From an uncultured Verrucomicrobiae bacterium (GTDB taxonomy: Bacteria; Verrucomicrobiota; Verrucomicrobiia; Limisphaerales; Palsa-1400), in contig OY969763.1 in assembly GCA_963702845.1 (NCBI GenBank), positions 4,544,001 to 4,608,000 of the forward strand: a stretch of DNA of 64,000 nt, read 5' to 3'. The position numbers and the translations under genes were made by a program. A model generated the notes under the pieces. The model ran no database searches and had not been told where the DNA came from. It worked only from the letters and a program-made list of their open reading frames with translations. Below are positions 49,196 to 61,586 of the stretch, one piece after another (positions within the stretch are counted from its first letter, which is position 1; the number at the start of each line of letters is the position of its first letter).

Positions 49196-51133
49196 TTAGG
49201 GATTCGCGGCCAGCCAGAAGCGGATGGCGGTTGCTTGTGGGTTATGAGGGTCCGCCTGTAGCACGCGCAGGTAATGGTCGCGCGCGAGTTTCGGCTGGTC
49301 AAGAGATTGCGCGTAAAGCGTCGCCAACAGCAGGTTCGCTTTCGCGTCGATCGGATTTTGTTGGAGAAGTTTTTCAAGTTCGTCAGCGGCGTCTTGCGGA
49401 TATTTGGCTTTCTGCAAGGACCAGGCGAACGCATACCGGGCGTCGGTTGATTGCGGGTTGATGGCGAGGGCCTGCTCAAAAAATTGCAAGGAAGCCGGAT
49501 AGTCGAAGACTTGTTGTTGCGTTACTCCTAATAGATATGCCGCGTCGAAATTCGCAGGGTCACTGATCGATGCGTTGCGATAGGCAAGAATCGCGTCCGA
49601 AAAATGTGACTGGCGACGGGCGGCACTACCTTGAGCGACAAATTGGGCCGCCGATTGCGTGTTCCCCGCCGCGGGCTTCGCAGGCGATAAATATTTGTAA
49701 CGTGCGATGGCCGGTTTAGGTGGCAAGGGTGTCATAACCGACGGCGTCGCGGCGACCACCGGTTTAGGCTCGGGAAGCGGAGTTTCTTTGATGACTTCAG
49801 GCGCGGGCTCTGACGCTTCTTTTGTTTTGTTCTTTTTGCCGAACCAGCTGACTGGATTCAGCTTTTTCAAGATGCCGTTTTTCTTTTCCATTTTGGGCTC
49901 AAGCGGCTGCAGCGTCACCGCACGCGGAGCAGTCACAGCCGGCAACGCAGGCTGCGGAATCGCAGGTGCAGCAACATCCTGGGCGACCTTTGGACTGGCT
50001 GTGTCGCTGACTTGGGCGACTTCCAGTGGAGCAGAGGTTGCACTCGAAACCGGCGACGTGGTTTGCTTTGTCACAGCAGCGGTTGCCGGTGGTTTTGCGG
50101 CTGTGTCAGGCTGTTGTCGTGGTGATTGGAATGCAACCGGTGCCACCGCATTTTGAACTGGCGCAGAAACACTCGGGGAATTGGTTTTTACAGGTGCGCT
50201 GGCAACCTGTGTTGGCCCTGTTTTCGGCTGCGGCGTCGGAGCGGGATTGGCGGCAACCACAGGCGTCGGAGCTGCAAGAACCGGCTTCGGCGCGGGCGTC
50301 GCTACAACGGGCGGGGCAAATTCGCGTTCCAAGCTTTTCACGACCGGTTCAATTTCGCCCGCGTTTTCTGGAGTCGGCTTGAGCGCGAGGTAGTCGCGGT
50401 ATTTCTGCAGCGCTAGCCTATGGTCGTGTTGGTATTGGTGCGCAACGATCGCCAGGTTCAGAATGGCTGGGCCGTAGTTCGGATCGAGTTGGAGGGCGGA
50501 GTTGAATTCTTTTTGCGCATCCAGCGGGCGATTGCGCTGGAGATGAACGACGCCGAGGGCGTTATCAATTTCGGCGCTCGGCTGCAGAGTGCGCGCGCTC
50601 TCAAAACATTTTTTGGCGTTGTCGAGTCTGCGTTGCTTTTCCACGCCGGCGATTTTTGTCGACCAATGGAGGTGCGCGGTGCCGAGTTTGGTAAAGCCTT
50701 CAGGATCGTTCGGACGCAGCGTCACATAGGTCACCAGCAAATCGACCGCAGCTGGATAGTTTTTTTGTTCCAGTTGCAGGACGCCCATGTTGTAGTCGGC
50801 TTCCACCAAATTGCGGTCGAGCCTCAGCGCCTGTTGATACGCCTTGAGCGCGGGAGCGGGTTGACCGGCATTTTGATACGCCAGGCCGAGGAAGTTCCAG
50901 GCTTGCGCCTGCACCGGCGCGGGATCTTTGGCCAGTTGGCCCGTGGCGGCCTCGAGTTTTTCGATTGCGCCTTGATAATCGCCGTTGCGCAGGAGTTTCT
51001 CTCCTTTGATGACGTTGCGTGGGCCAGCCGGGCCGCAGGCGGTCAGGAAAATTGAAAGAGAGGAAATCAGGACGAACGAGGACAGGTTTGGCCCCCGTTT
51101 TTTAATGGTCACCATGCACGAGCGTGTTAGCAT
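49196..51133 (-). CDS. TPR-repeat lipoprotein with Pro/Ala-rich linker
   Basis: LTAC lipobox; AWNFLGLAY, YNMGVL, NALGVV TPR units at both ends. Confidence 0.88.
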   Translation of the reverse strand: MLTRSCMVTIKKRGPNLSSFVLISSLSIFLTACGPAGPRNVIKGEKLLRNGDYQGAIEKLEAATGQLAKDPAPVQAQAWNFLGLAYQNAGQPAPALKAYQQALRLDRNLVEADYNMGVLQLEQKNYPAAVDLLVTYVTLRPNDPEGFTKLGTAHLHWSTKIAGVEKQRRLDNAKKCFESARTLQPSAEIDNALGVVHLQRNRPLDAQKEFNSALQLDPNYGPAILNLAIVAHQYQHDHRLALQKYRDYLALKPTPENAGEIEPVVKSLEREFAPPVVATPAPKPVLAAPTPVVAANPAPTPQPKTGPTQVASAPVKTNSPSVSAPVQNAVAPVAFQSPRQQPDTAAKPPATAAVTKQTTSPVSSATSAPLEVAQVSDTASPKVAQDVAAPAIPQPALPAVTAPRAVTLQPLEPKMEKKNGILKKLNPVSWFGKKNKTKEASEPAPEVIKETPLPEPKPVVAATPSVMTPLPPKPAIARYKYLSPAKPAAGNTQSAAQFVAQGSAARRQSHFSDAILAYRNASISDPANFDAAYLLGVTQQQVFDYPASLQFFEQALAINPQSTDARYAFAWSLQKAKYPQDAADELEKLLQQNPIDAKANLLLATLYAQSLDQPKLARDHYLRVLQADPHNPQATAIRFWLAANP

Positions 51134-51236
51134 CGCGGGCTGACGGTGTCAAGATACGGACGCTTAAAACCCGCGAAAACATTGATATTGCGCACGGTTG
51201 ATGGTTCCGAACAAATTGGCAGGCCACTTCGTCTGA

Positions 51237-52277
51237 ATGACGGTTTCAATCGTGAATAGATTGCTTTGTTTTTTATGTTGCGCGTTGTGCTTCAGCGCAC
51301 GCGCGCAGTTGACCGCGCCCGGAAAAGAGGCGCGCGTGGTGATGGTGGAGGATGCGCGCGCGACGACGGCGTTCGAACCGGATCAGAATCTCGTCCGAAC
51401 AATGGTCGAGCGCGGCATTCTGCGCTTCACCGGGAAAACCAGCAGCGCGATGGCGTGGCGAAGTTTGGTTTCAACCCAGGACGTCATCGGCATCAAGGTC
51501 TTTTCGACACCAGGGCCCAACAGTGGAACGAGACCCTCAGTCGTGGGCGCGGTGGTCGAAGAACTTTTAGCAGCGGGCATGAAGCCCACGAATATCGTTA
51601 TTTGGGATAAGCACCTTTTGGACCTGCGCCTCGCCGGGTTTGATACGTTGGCCCACAAATACCATGTCCGGCTCGCCGGCGCCGCTGAGGCCGGTTACGA
51701 TCCGAATGTTTTCGTCGAAAAGTCCATCATCGGCAATCTGGTGTGGGGCGACCTAGAGTTCGGCCATGAAGGGCCAACCGTCGGAAGGAAATCCTTCGTG
51801 ACGAAATTGCTCACGCATGACGTGACGAAGATCATCAACATTCCCCCTTTATTAAATCACAACATGGCAGGCGTCAGTGGCGCGCTTTACAGCCTCGCGA
51901 TGGGCAGCACGGATAATTCCATCCGGTTTGAGTCGCGCGCCGATCGACTGTTCACCGCTGTGCCGGATATTTACAATCTGACAAACCTGTTCGATCACGT
52001 GGCCATCAACATTACCGACGCGTTAATTGGACAATACAAAGGCGAGCAGGAGACCAAGCTGCACTACGCCGTCGAACTGAATCAGATTTGGTTCAGCAAA
52101 GATGCGGTTGCCTTGGATGTCCTCGCGCTGACGGAGTTGGAACGAGAACGCCAGGCCAACGGCGCGACCTCACCGCCCTCTGCGATGGAGCTTTATCAAA
52201 ATGCGACATGGGTGGAGTTGGGCATCAGCGATCCGAAACGGATTAAGGTCGAGATGTTTAAGGCGAACAAAAACTAG
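51237..52277 (+). CDS. DUF362-like secreted protein
   Basis: DVIGIKV, T.P.VV.AVVEEL, IVIWD, KIINIPPL.NH..AGVSGAL, INITDAL. Confidence 0.75.
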   Translation: MTVSIVNRLLCFLCCALCFSARAQLTAPGKEARVVMVEDARATTAFEPDQNLVRTMVERGILRFTGKTSSAMAWRSLVSTQDVIGIKVFSTPGPNSGTRPSVVGAVVEELLAAGMKPTNIVIWDKHLLDLRLAGFDTLAHKYHVRLAGAAEAGYDPNVFVEKSIIGNLVWGDLEFGHEGPTVGRKSFVTKLLTHDVTKIINIPPLLNHNMAGVSGALYSLAMGSTDNSIRFESRADRLFTAVPDIYNLTNLFDHVAINITDALIGQYKGEQETKLHYAVELNQIWFSKDAVALDVLALTELERERQANGATSPPSAMELYQNATWVELGISDPKRIKVEMFKANKN

Positions 52278-52285
52278 TTAAGCGC

Positions 52286-52687
52286 ATGCACACAAATTGG
52301 ATCATTCTTGGATTGTTGATCGCGGGCGCGGGCGCAGCTGTCCGGCAACGAAAAAGGTTTGCATGGCTTCGAGAACTAACGGGGTGGCAAAAGGCGTTTG
52401 GCGTTCTGGCGCTCGTCACATCGGTCATCATCATGGCGAATCCGGAATTTATTTGTTTAGGATTGCTCGGCGACACGGCCTTTTTCGATTTGTTGGTTCT
52501 GGCGCTGAGCTTGCAGATGCACGGTATTGCGTCGGGGCTTTGGCGGAGGGCGGTGAGCATTTTTGGGCGCAGCTTGCGCCGCCTGGCCATTCCAAGTCCG
52601 GGTCTGCTTTATTTGATGTGCATTTGGACGTTCGTCATTGTGACCGCTTCAAATGCAATTCAGAAACTGCTCACCCGCATCTCGTAA
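52286..52687 (+). CDS. Hypothetical membrane protein
   Basis: Several hydrophobic segments, NPEFICLGLLGDTAFFDLLV; 8 bp after the upstream stop. Confidence 0.7.
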   Translation: MHTNWIILGLLIAGAGAAVRQRKRFAWLRELTGWQKAFGVLALVTSVIIMANPEFICLGLLGDTAFFDLLVLALSLQMHGIASGLWRRAVSIFGRSLRRLAIPSPGLLYLMCIWTFVIVTASNAIQKLLTRIS

Positions 52688-52968
52688 ATTGTGAAAATGT
52701 TTCAGGGCTATCGTGCCATCAGCCCAACGACTCCCGGTCGCGCACTACAAGTTTTGACAGATAGCTACTTCACTGTAAAATAATCACCGCCCAGCCATCT
52801 GGCTCGGGTCCTTGTTCTTTGACAATCAGCAGTTTAAACCGGTGCCGGTTGGCAAACGTTGTAGCCGTTTAATCTGCTACGAGTTGCAACTTGTAGCTGA
52901 TTGTAGTTACTAGTAGCAACATTCCCGAAGGTTTTTTGCTCCATCAGGCGATCACGCCCAATTTAACC

Positions 52969-55202
<2,234 letters not shown>

Positions 55203-55784
55203 TTGCGAATCATCGGCGGCAATGCGGCTGGAACGATTTTGAAGGTCCCAAAAGGCTTCGACGTCCGGCCCACGCCCGATCTGGTTCGACAAGCGATCTT
55301 CAACAGCCTCGGCGACCGCGTCGTCGGGGCTGTTGTGCTTGAAGTCTTCGCCGGGACCGGAGCGCTCAGTCTGGAGTGTCTAAGCCGCGGCGCAAAACAC
55401 GCCACGTGCGTCGAGAAATCTTCGCGGCACGCCCAGTTCATCGAACAGAACATCGACCTCACGCGCCTGGAACGGCACGCCGTCGATATCCGCGTGCAAG
55501 ATGCATTCGTGGCGATGTCACAATTGGTGTCGAGCGGTCAGAAGTTCGATCTGATCCTCGCTGACCCACCGTACGGCGAAAAGAATGTCGGGAAACGCTC
55601 AGAATCCTTTGCCCAAAAAATGTTGGATGTGCCGGATTTGCCCTCGCTACTCAACGAAGGCGGGTTATTCGTCCTGGGTCACACTAAACGTGACACATTG
55701 AGCCTGCCGGATTATTGGGTTGAACGGAAAATGCTGAAGCACGGGGACACTGTGATGCGGTTTTTGAAGCGACACACGGCTTGA
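55203..55784 (+). CDS. rsmD: RsmD family 16S rRNA m2G966 methyltransferase
   Basis: RIIGG, RPTPD.VR.AIFN, FAGTGAL, ADPPY. Confidence 0.9.
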   Translation: MRIIGGNAAGTILKVPKGFDVRPTPDLVRQAIFNSLGDRVVGAVVLEVFAGTGALSLECLSRGAKHATCVEKSSRHAQFIEQNIDLTRLERHAVDIRVQDAFVAMSQLVSSGQKFDLILADPPYGEKNVGKRSESFAQKMLDVPDLPSLLNEGGLFVLGHTKRDTLSLPDYWVERKMLKHGDTVMRFLKRHTA

Positions 55785-55824
55785 TGCCTTCGGCTGGCTG
55801 TGTTCAGCTTGTGGCAACGTTCCT

Positions 55825-56736
55825 ATGAGAATGATTGCCTTTACCACGGTTCTTGTGATGTTTTGCAACATGACAACGTTTGGAGCAGCCGATCCGAATC
55901 TTCAACGTGTTCTCGATAAGGCCGTCCAGAATACGTTCCATAAATTCAAAGATCTACACACGAACGAACTCGCGGCGACGTTGATTGACTTGCGCGATTC
56001 GGAGAAGCCGACGACTGCGAGTTTTCGTGGGGATGTGCAGATTTATCCGGCGAGTGTGATCAAATTGTTCTATCTGGCGGCAATTCATCGCTGGATGGAG
56101 GACGGCAAAGCGCAGGACACGCCGGAGCTCCGGCGAGCGATGAAGGATATGATTGTGGATTCCTTGAATGAGGCGACGGGATTGGTTGTTGATACGCTAA
56201 CGGAAACGACCAGTGGGCCGGAGATGACGGAGAGCGCGCTGAAGGAATGGTGGGACAAGCGCAACGCGGTGAATCGATTTTTTACGACGCTCGGTTACAC
56301 CAACATCAACGCCAGCAAGAAGCCTTGGTGCGAAGGGCCATATGGACGGGAGATTCAGGCGACGAAGGCGTTTGAGCCGAGACGGAACGCTTTAACGACC
56401 GACGCGACGGCTCGGCTGATGTCAGAGATTGTCACGCACAATATCGTAACGCCTGCGCGATGCGATCAGATGCTGGAGTTGTTGCACCGCGATCCTGTTT
56501 CGAAGGACACCAGCAGCGATAGTCAGGCACGCGGATTTACGGGGCTCGCTTTGCCATCCGGTTCGAAGTTGTGGTCGAAAGCGGGTTGGACAAGCGAAAC
56601 GAGACACGACTGCGCTTATGTCGAGTTGCCGAACGGAGGGAAGTTTGTGCTGGTCGTGTTCACAGTTGGTCACGCGAGCGAGAAGCAAATTATTCCAACC
56701 GTCGCGCGTGAAGTAATTGCCGAGTTCAAGAAATAA
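55825..56736 (+). CDS. Serine hydrolase, class A beta-lactamase-like fold
   Basis: YPASVIK (SxxK), SLN, WSKAGW, RHD; signal peptide. Confidence 0.88.
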   Translation: MRMIAFTTVLVMFCNMTTFGAADPNLQRVLDKAVQNTFHKFKDLHTNELAATLIDLRDSEKPTTASFRGDVQIYPASVIKLFYLAAIHRWMEDGKAQDTPELRRAMKDMIVDSLNEATGLVVDTLTETTSGPEMTESALKEWWDKRNAVNRFFTTLGYTNINASKKPWCEGPYGREIQATKAFEPRRNALTTDATARLMSEIVTHNIVTPARCDQMLELLHRDPVSKDTSSDSQARGFTGLALPSGSKLWSKAGWTSETRHDCAYVELPNGGKFVLVVFTVGHASEKQIIPTVAREVIAEFKK

Positions 56737-56761
56737 ACGGCAAGGGCGATTTTGCGAACGG

Positions 56762-57859
56762 CTAAGAATGCGCTGCTTGCGACGTCAAACGCCGGCGGGC
56801 TATCCACGTGTTTAACTGATCGAGCACGACTGCCAGCACCACGACCGCGCCGATAATGATCTGGCTGTAATTCTGGTCGATGTTGAGAATGACAATCCCG
56901 CTGTTGATCATTTGAATCAGTAACGCACCGAGCAGTGCGCCCAAGGCCGAGCCGCGCCCACCCGCTAGACTGGCGCCACCAACTACTGCAGCGGCAATGA
57001 CATTCAGTTCGTATCCTTGTCCATCACCGGACGTTGCAGCGCCATAATAACCGAGTGCGAGCAAGGCCGAAATGCCAGCGACCAGCCCGGAAAAGAAATA
57101 GACGCTCAGTTTAACGCGCTCTACCTGGATACCGCTGTAACGGCTGGCCAATTCGTTGCCTCCGATGGCGTAGATTCTCCGACCTGCCGCCATCCGGCTT
57201 AGGTAAGTTGCACCCAGGAGTGTCACGATCACCATCACGAGCATTGGTGTCACGCTCAGCCCATTGACGTTCCACAACACGAAGTCGCGAAATCCGGCAG
57301 GAAAGCCGCCGATGGATTGTCCCTGGGTGATCACGAAAGCAATTCCGCGAAAAATGGCCATGGTCCCAAGGGTGATGATGAACGGATGCACTTTTAGGAG
57401 AACGATCATAGAGCCGTTCAGCAGCCCACAGAATGTTGCGACACAAATGCACGTCGCAACTCCGAGGAGAACCTGCGCAACCGTGGACGTGGCGTTCACT
57501 TCAGGTCCGAACCGGTGGAACACCATCGCGCCGAGGACAGACGCCAAGGCGTAAATCGCACCGACGGACAAATCGATGCCGCCGGAGATAATCACGAACG
57601 TTGCGCCGACCGACATGATTGCGATGAAGCTCGTATCTTTGGCGAGTTGCGCGAGATTTCGTACGTTCAGGAATTTGTTCTGTTTTTCGACGATGGGCGT
57701 GCGCTCGCCCGATTCACTGGTTTTAAAACCAACAACGCGCGGAACGGTCCCGCCGAAAACGGTCAGCAGAATCGCAAGCAGGAGGATGACCACCACCAAA
57801 CCGCTTTCCTGCGCACGAAGCGCGGCGCGGACTGGGTTCCAGCTTGCAGTCTTGTTCAT
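56762..57859 (-). CDS. Sugar ABC transporter permease (RbsC-like)
   Basis: GGIDLSVG, PFIITLGT, YAIGGNE.A, YELNVIAAAVVGGASL. Confidence 0.93.
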   Translation of the reverse strand: MNKTASWNPVRAALRAQESGLVVVILLLAILLTVFGGTVPRVVGFKTSESGERTPIVEKQNKFLNVRNLAQLAKDTSFIAIMSVGATFVIISGGIDLSVGAIYALASVLGAMVFHRFGPEVNATSTVAQVLLGVATCICVATFCGLLNGSMIVLLKVHPFIITLGTMAIFRGIAFVITQGQSIGGFPAGFRDFVLWNVNGLSVTPMLVMVIVTLLGATYLSRMAAGRRIYAIGGNELASRYSGIQVERVKLSVYFFSGLVAGISALLALGYYGAATSGDGQGYELNVIAAAVVGGASLAGGRGSALGALLGALLIQMINSGIVILNIDQNYSQIIIGAVVVLAVVLDQLNTWIARRRLTSQAAHS

Positions 57860-58239
57860 GAGGCGAACAATTGCCGAAGCGTGTTTGCGAGGTCTTGCCG
57901 CGTCGAACGACGTTCCGCAATGGCAATCATCACATCGTAAATCAGCATTGAATCACCTGAAATCGACACGCCATTTCCGGTCAGGAATTCGAGAGCAGAG
58001 GCAACACCTGTCCGTTTGTTGCCGTCAAGGTAAGCTTGCGCTTGTGCTATGTGAAATGCGTAAGCGGCAGCGATTTCAAATAGATCACCCTCACCATAGA
58101 GATAAACATTTTGGGGATGGTAAATTGCTGATTCGAGAGCGTTTCGGTCGCGAATTCCCAAAGTCCCACCAAATTCAGCAATCGATTTCTGATGAATTTT
58201 GTCGACCTGATAGGAACTTAAAAAAAACGGGACGCTCAC
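57856..58239 (-). CDS. Doc/Fic family toxin with variant active-site motif
   Basis: FGG..GIRD...LESA, AAAYAFHI, QAYLDGNKRTG. Confidence 0.88.
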   Translation of the reverse strand: MSVPFFLSSYQVDKIHQKSIAEFGGTLGIRDRNALESAIYHPQNVYLYGEGDLFEIAAAYAFHIAQAQAYLDGNKRTGVASALEFLTGNGVSISGDSMLIYDVMIAIAERRSTRQDLANTLRQLFAS

Positions 58240-58442
58240 TTGGCCAGTTTTTTCAGAAGCGGAGCGTGTTTGGAAAAGACCTCTTGCTGAGCGCGTTCAA
58301 AATCGCTGTCGCTCATGTACCGGATTTCCTTGCCCGGCCCCTCGGGTGCGCTGGGTTTTAGCTTGGCAACATACTGGACGATCACGGCTCTTTCGTTTTC
58401 AGGCAACGCTTCGATTTGGGCGATGATTTCCCGTGCGCTCAT
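58236..58442 (-). CDS. Putative antitoxin for the Doc toxin
   Basis: 68-aa gene overlapping the toxin start (GTGA); C-terminal HAPLLKKLAK resembles Phd-type neutralising tails. Confidence 0.7.
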   Translation of the reverse strand: MSAREIIAQIEALPENERAVIVQYVAKLKPSAPEGPGKEIRYMSDSDFERAQQEVFSKHAPLLKKLAK

Positions 58443-58549
58443 TAATGGAATTTACACTTGATTGAACCCCTAAGGCAAGGCGCCAACCTGCGTATCACGG
58501 TCACTTGTGAAGCCGGAACCCTCCTGTAGATTACACTTAAGAGGTAGAT

Positions 58550-60106
58550 GTGGAGAAAATTACTTATGCAGCGCTCGGTTCGTTGGGCGAGGAGTTTCAT
58601 CGGCAGTTTGATGCCGCGCTTGATCGGATCGCGAATGATTTTGGCCGAACACATGTGTTGCGTATTGCAGGCAAAGCGCTCAAAGGACGGCCCACATTCA
58701 TCGATGTTTCGCCGTCGAACAATCGGGTCGTCCTTGGAACGTTTCAAAATGCAACCCGGGCGGATACTGCCAACATCATCGCCGCGGCGACGAAAGCGTT
58801 CCCGTCCTGGCGCGACTTAGGTTGGCGTAAACGGGTGGAGCTGTTGCGCAAAGCCGCCGATCTCATGACGCAACGGCAGTTTGATTATGCTGCGTGGTTG
58901 GTTTTGGAGGTTGGCAAAAATCGGTTCGAGGCGATTGCTGAGGTGTCGGAGGCGATTGATCTGATCCTCTATTACTGTGCGCAGATCGAAGAGCATGGAG
59001 GTTACGAAATACAAATGTCGGGGTCGGGCAAGGAGCGGACGAAGAGTGTTTTAAAGCCATACGGAGCCTGGGCCGTGATTGCGCCGTTCAACTTCCCCCT
59101 CGCGCTTGGCACTGGCATGGCAGCAGGCGCGTTGATCGCGGGCAACACTGTCGTTTTCAAACCTGCGTCTGCGACCCCAATGTCTGGAGTATTGCTGGCG
59201 GAATGCATGCGTGACGCGGGATTGCCCGAAGGCGTGTTCAATCTGGTAACAGGCGCGGGCAATGTCGTCGGTGAGGAAATTGTCGCCAACGTGAATATCG
59301 AAGGATTGATTTTCACTGGCTCGCGCGCGGTTGGGTTGCAGATTCTCCGTCGGTTTGGGAACGGCGTGCCAAAACCGTGCATCGTGGAAATGGGCGGCAA
59401 AAATCCGGCAATCATTATGCCGTCGGCTGACTTGGACGATGCGGTTGAAGGCGTGGTGCGCTCTGCTTTTGGAATGGGCGGACAAAAGTGTTCGGCCTGT
59501 TCGCGACTTTATTTGCATAAATCGATTTACCGGCAATTCATGGGTTTGCTGGTGGAGAAAGCGCAGGCACTCAAGATTGCGAATCCGTCTAACCGCGACA
59601 CCTTTCTCGGCCCGCTCATCAATCATGATGCTTTCAAAAAATACGATCGGGCGGTGAGGACCGGAAAAAAGGAAGGGCGTCTCGTTTATGGGGGGGCACG
59701 CATGAAGGGCCGGGCTTATGCTCATGCCTGTTATGTGCAACCGACAATTTTTGATCGACTGCCTCGGCAATCGGTCATGTTTCGCGAGGAGTTTTTTGCG
59801 CCGATCCTGGCGGTGCGCGAAATAGCGTCGTTGGACGAGGCGATCCAACTTTCGAACGATACGGTCTACGGATTGACGGCGGGCATTTTCACTCGAGACG
59901 AGGCTGAACGAGACAAGTTTTTTGCTGGAATCGAAGCGGGCGTTCTCTATTGCAATCGCCGCGGTGGCGCGACCACCGGCGCATGGCCGGGCGTGCAGTC
60001 TTTCGGTGGGTGGAAGAGTTCGGGGTCATCCGGCAAAAGCGCATTGGGACCTTACTACGTTTCGCAGTTTTTGCGCGAGCAAAGCCAAACTGGGATTGAG
60101 AAGTAA
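58550..60106 (+). CDS. Aldehyde dehydrogenase family protein (P5C dehydrogenase-like)
   Basis: APFNFP, FTGS, EMGGKN, GQKCSACSR, EEFFAP, YGLTAG, FGGWK.SG. Confidence 0.93.
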   Translation: MEKITYAALGSLGEEFHRQFDAALDRIANDFGRTHVLRIAGKALKGRPTFIDVSPSNNRVVLGTFQNATRADTANIIAAATKAFPSWRDLGWRKRVELLRKAADLMTQRQFDYAAWLVLEVGKNRFEAIAEVSEAIDLILYYCAQIEEHGGYEIQMSGSGKERTKSVLKPYGAWAVIAPFNFPLALGTGMAAGALIAGNTVVFKPASATPMSGVLLAECMRDAGLPEGVFNLVTGAGNVVGEEIVANVNIEGLIFTGSRAVGLQILRRFGNGVPKPCIVEMGGKNPAIIMPSADLDDAVEGVVRSAFGMGGQKCSACSRLYLHKSIYRQFMGLLVEKAQALKIANPSNRDTFLGPLINHDAFKKYDRAVRTGKKEGRLVYGGARMKGRAYAHACYVQPTIFDRLPRQSVMFREEFFAPILAVREIASLDEAIQLSNDTVYGLTAGIFTRDEAERDKFFAGIEAGVLYCNRRGGATTGAWPGVQSFGGWKSSGSSGKSALGPYYVSQFLREQSQTGIEK

Positions 60107-60192
60107 TGATGAATTGTTTGCGGTGACGACAAAGTGACTTGCGGACTGTCAACTTCAATTTAAATTGGCTCGAACAATAACCAAATCATCTA

Positions 60193-61500
60193 ATGCCGCA
60201 AAAGACACGCATGTCGGTCAATTCGAGCAATGTCCTTTCCGTCATTATGGGCGGAGGACAAGGCACGAGACTTTTTCCGCTCACTCGCGACCGCAGTAAA
60301 CCGGCAGTGCCACTCGGCGGTAAATATCGCTTGGTTGATATTCCCATTTCCAACTGCATCAACTCGGGGCTGAAGCGCGTTTATTTGCTGACGCAATTTA
60401 ATTCAGCCTCGCTGCACCGGCACATTTCGCAGTCGTATAAGTTCGACCAGTTTTCCGGCGGGTTCGTCGAAATCCTGGCGGCAGAGCAAACCTTCTCGGA
60501 CACGTCCTGGTATCAAGGGACAGCCGACGCGGTTCGTAAGAACCTGGTTCACTTTCTGAACCACGATTTCGATTACCTGCTAATTCTAAGCGGCGACCAA
60601 CTTTATCGCATGGATTTCCGGCGCATTATCGCCGAACACACTGAAAGCGGCGCGGACCTGACAATTGCCACGATCCCAGTGGCACGGGAAGAGGCGCAGG
60701 CACTTGGGATAATGCAGATCGATACGAATTTCAAAATCACGCGCTTTGTCGAAAAGCCGAAGGAACCGGCTGCGCTCGATTCGTTGAAAATGGACCGCAG
60801 CTTATACGAAGCCTGCGGCATCACCGAGGATAGTGAATTTTTCCTCGCCTCGATGGGTATTTACCTTTTCAACCGTGAGGTGCTCTTAAGGTTGTTGGAC
60901 AATTCGCACACCGATTTCGGAAAACACATCATCCCGGGAGCCATCAACACGCACCAGGTTTACGCAAGCGTTTTCCGCGGTTACTGGGAAGATATCGGGA
61001 CAATCCGTTCGTTTTTCGAAGCGAACCTCGACCTCGTGACGGAATTACCGCGCTTTAACTTCTTCGACATGAGCGCGCCAATTTTCACGCGTCCACGTTT
61101 TCTGCCGGCATCGAAAATCAATGGTGCGGAAATCAATCATGCCACGGTTTCTGACGGTTGCATTTTGAATCGGTGCAAGATCAACCACACGATCGTCGGA
61201 GTGCGCAGCATCATCCAGGAAGGTTGCGACCTCAATCGCGCCATCCTGCTCGGCTGCGATTACTACGAATCCGAAGCGTCGATCAAACAATACGAATCGC
61301 GCGGTTTGCCGCGAATTGGTATTGGTCGCAACACGCACATCGAGAATGCGATTGTCGACAAGAACGCGCGCATCGGCGACAACTGCTTCATATCGCCAGT
61401 CGGCAAGCCGGAGCACGCCGATCACCCGTTGTATTATGTTCGTGACGGTATCGTCATCATTCCGAAAAACGGAATCATTCCGCACGGCACGACGATCTGA
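60193..61500 (+). CDS. glgC: Glucose-1-phosphate adenylyltransferase
   Basis: [47 protein letters not shown]. Confidence 0.97.
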   Translation: MPQKTRMSVNSSNVLSVIMGGGQGTRLFPLTRDRSKPAVPLGGKYRLVDIPISNCINSGLKRVYLLTQFNSASLHRHISQSYKFDQFSGGFVEILAAEQTFSDTSWYQGTADAVRKNLVHFLNHDFDYLLILSGDQLYRMDFRRIIAEHTESGADLTIATIPVAREEAQALGIMQIDTNFKITRFVEKPKEPAALDSLKMDRSLYEACGITEDSEFFLASMGIYLFNREVLLRLLDNSHTDFGKHIIPGAINTHQVYASVFRGYWEDIGTIRSFFEANLDLVTELPRFNFFDMSAPIFTRPRFLPASKINGAEINHATVSDGCILNRCKINHTIVGVRSIIQEGCDLNRAILLGCDYYESEASIKQYESRGLPRIGIGRNTHIENAIVDKNARIGDNCFISPVGKPEHADHPLYYVRDGIVIIPKNGIIPHGTTI

Positions 61501-61586
61501 CGTGTAGCCCGAAGCATTCCGCATCTTCAAAACGGCGGCTACAATTGTGAATTTGACAGCGGCGTGCGACGTCAGTTGAGAACCAC

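Noticed and set aside
55825..56736. Bona fide beta-lactamase resistance gene
   Set aside because: SLN/KAG variant motifs and core-genome context fit a beta-lactamase-like serine hydrolase of unknown substrate
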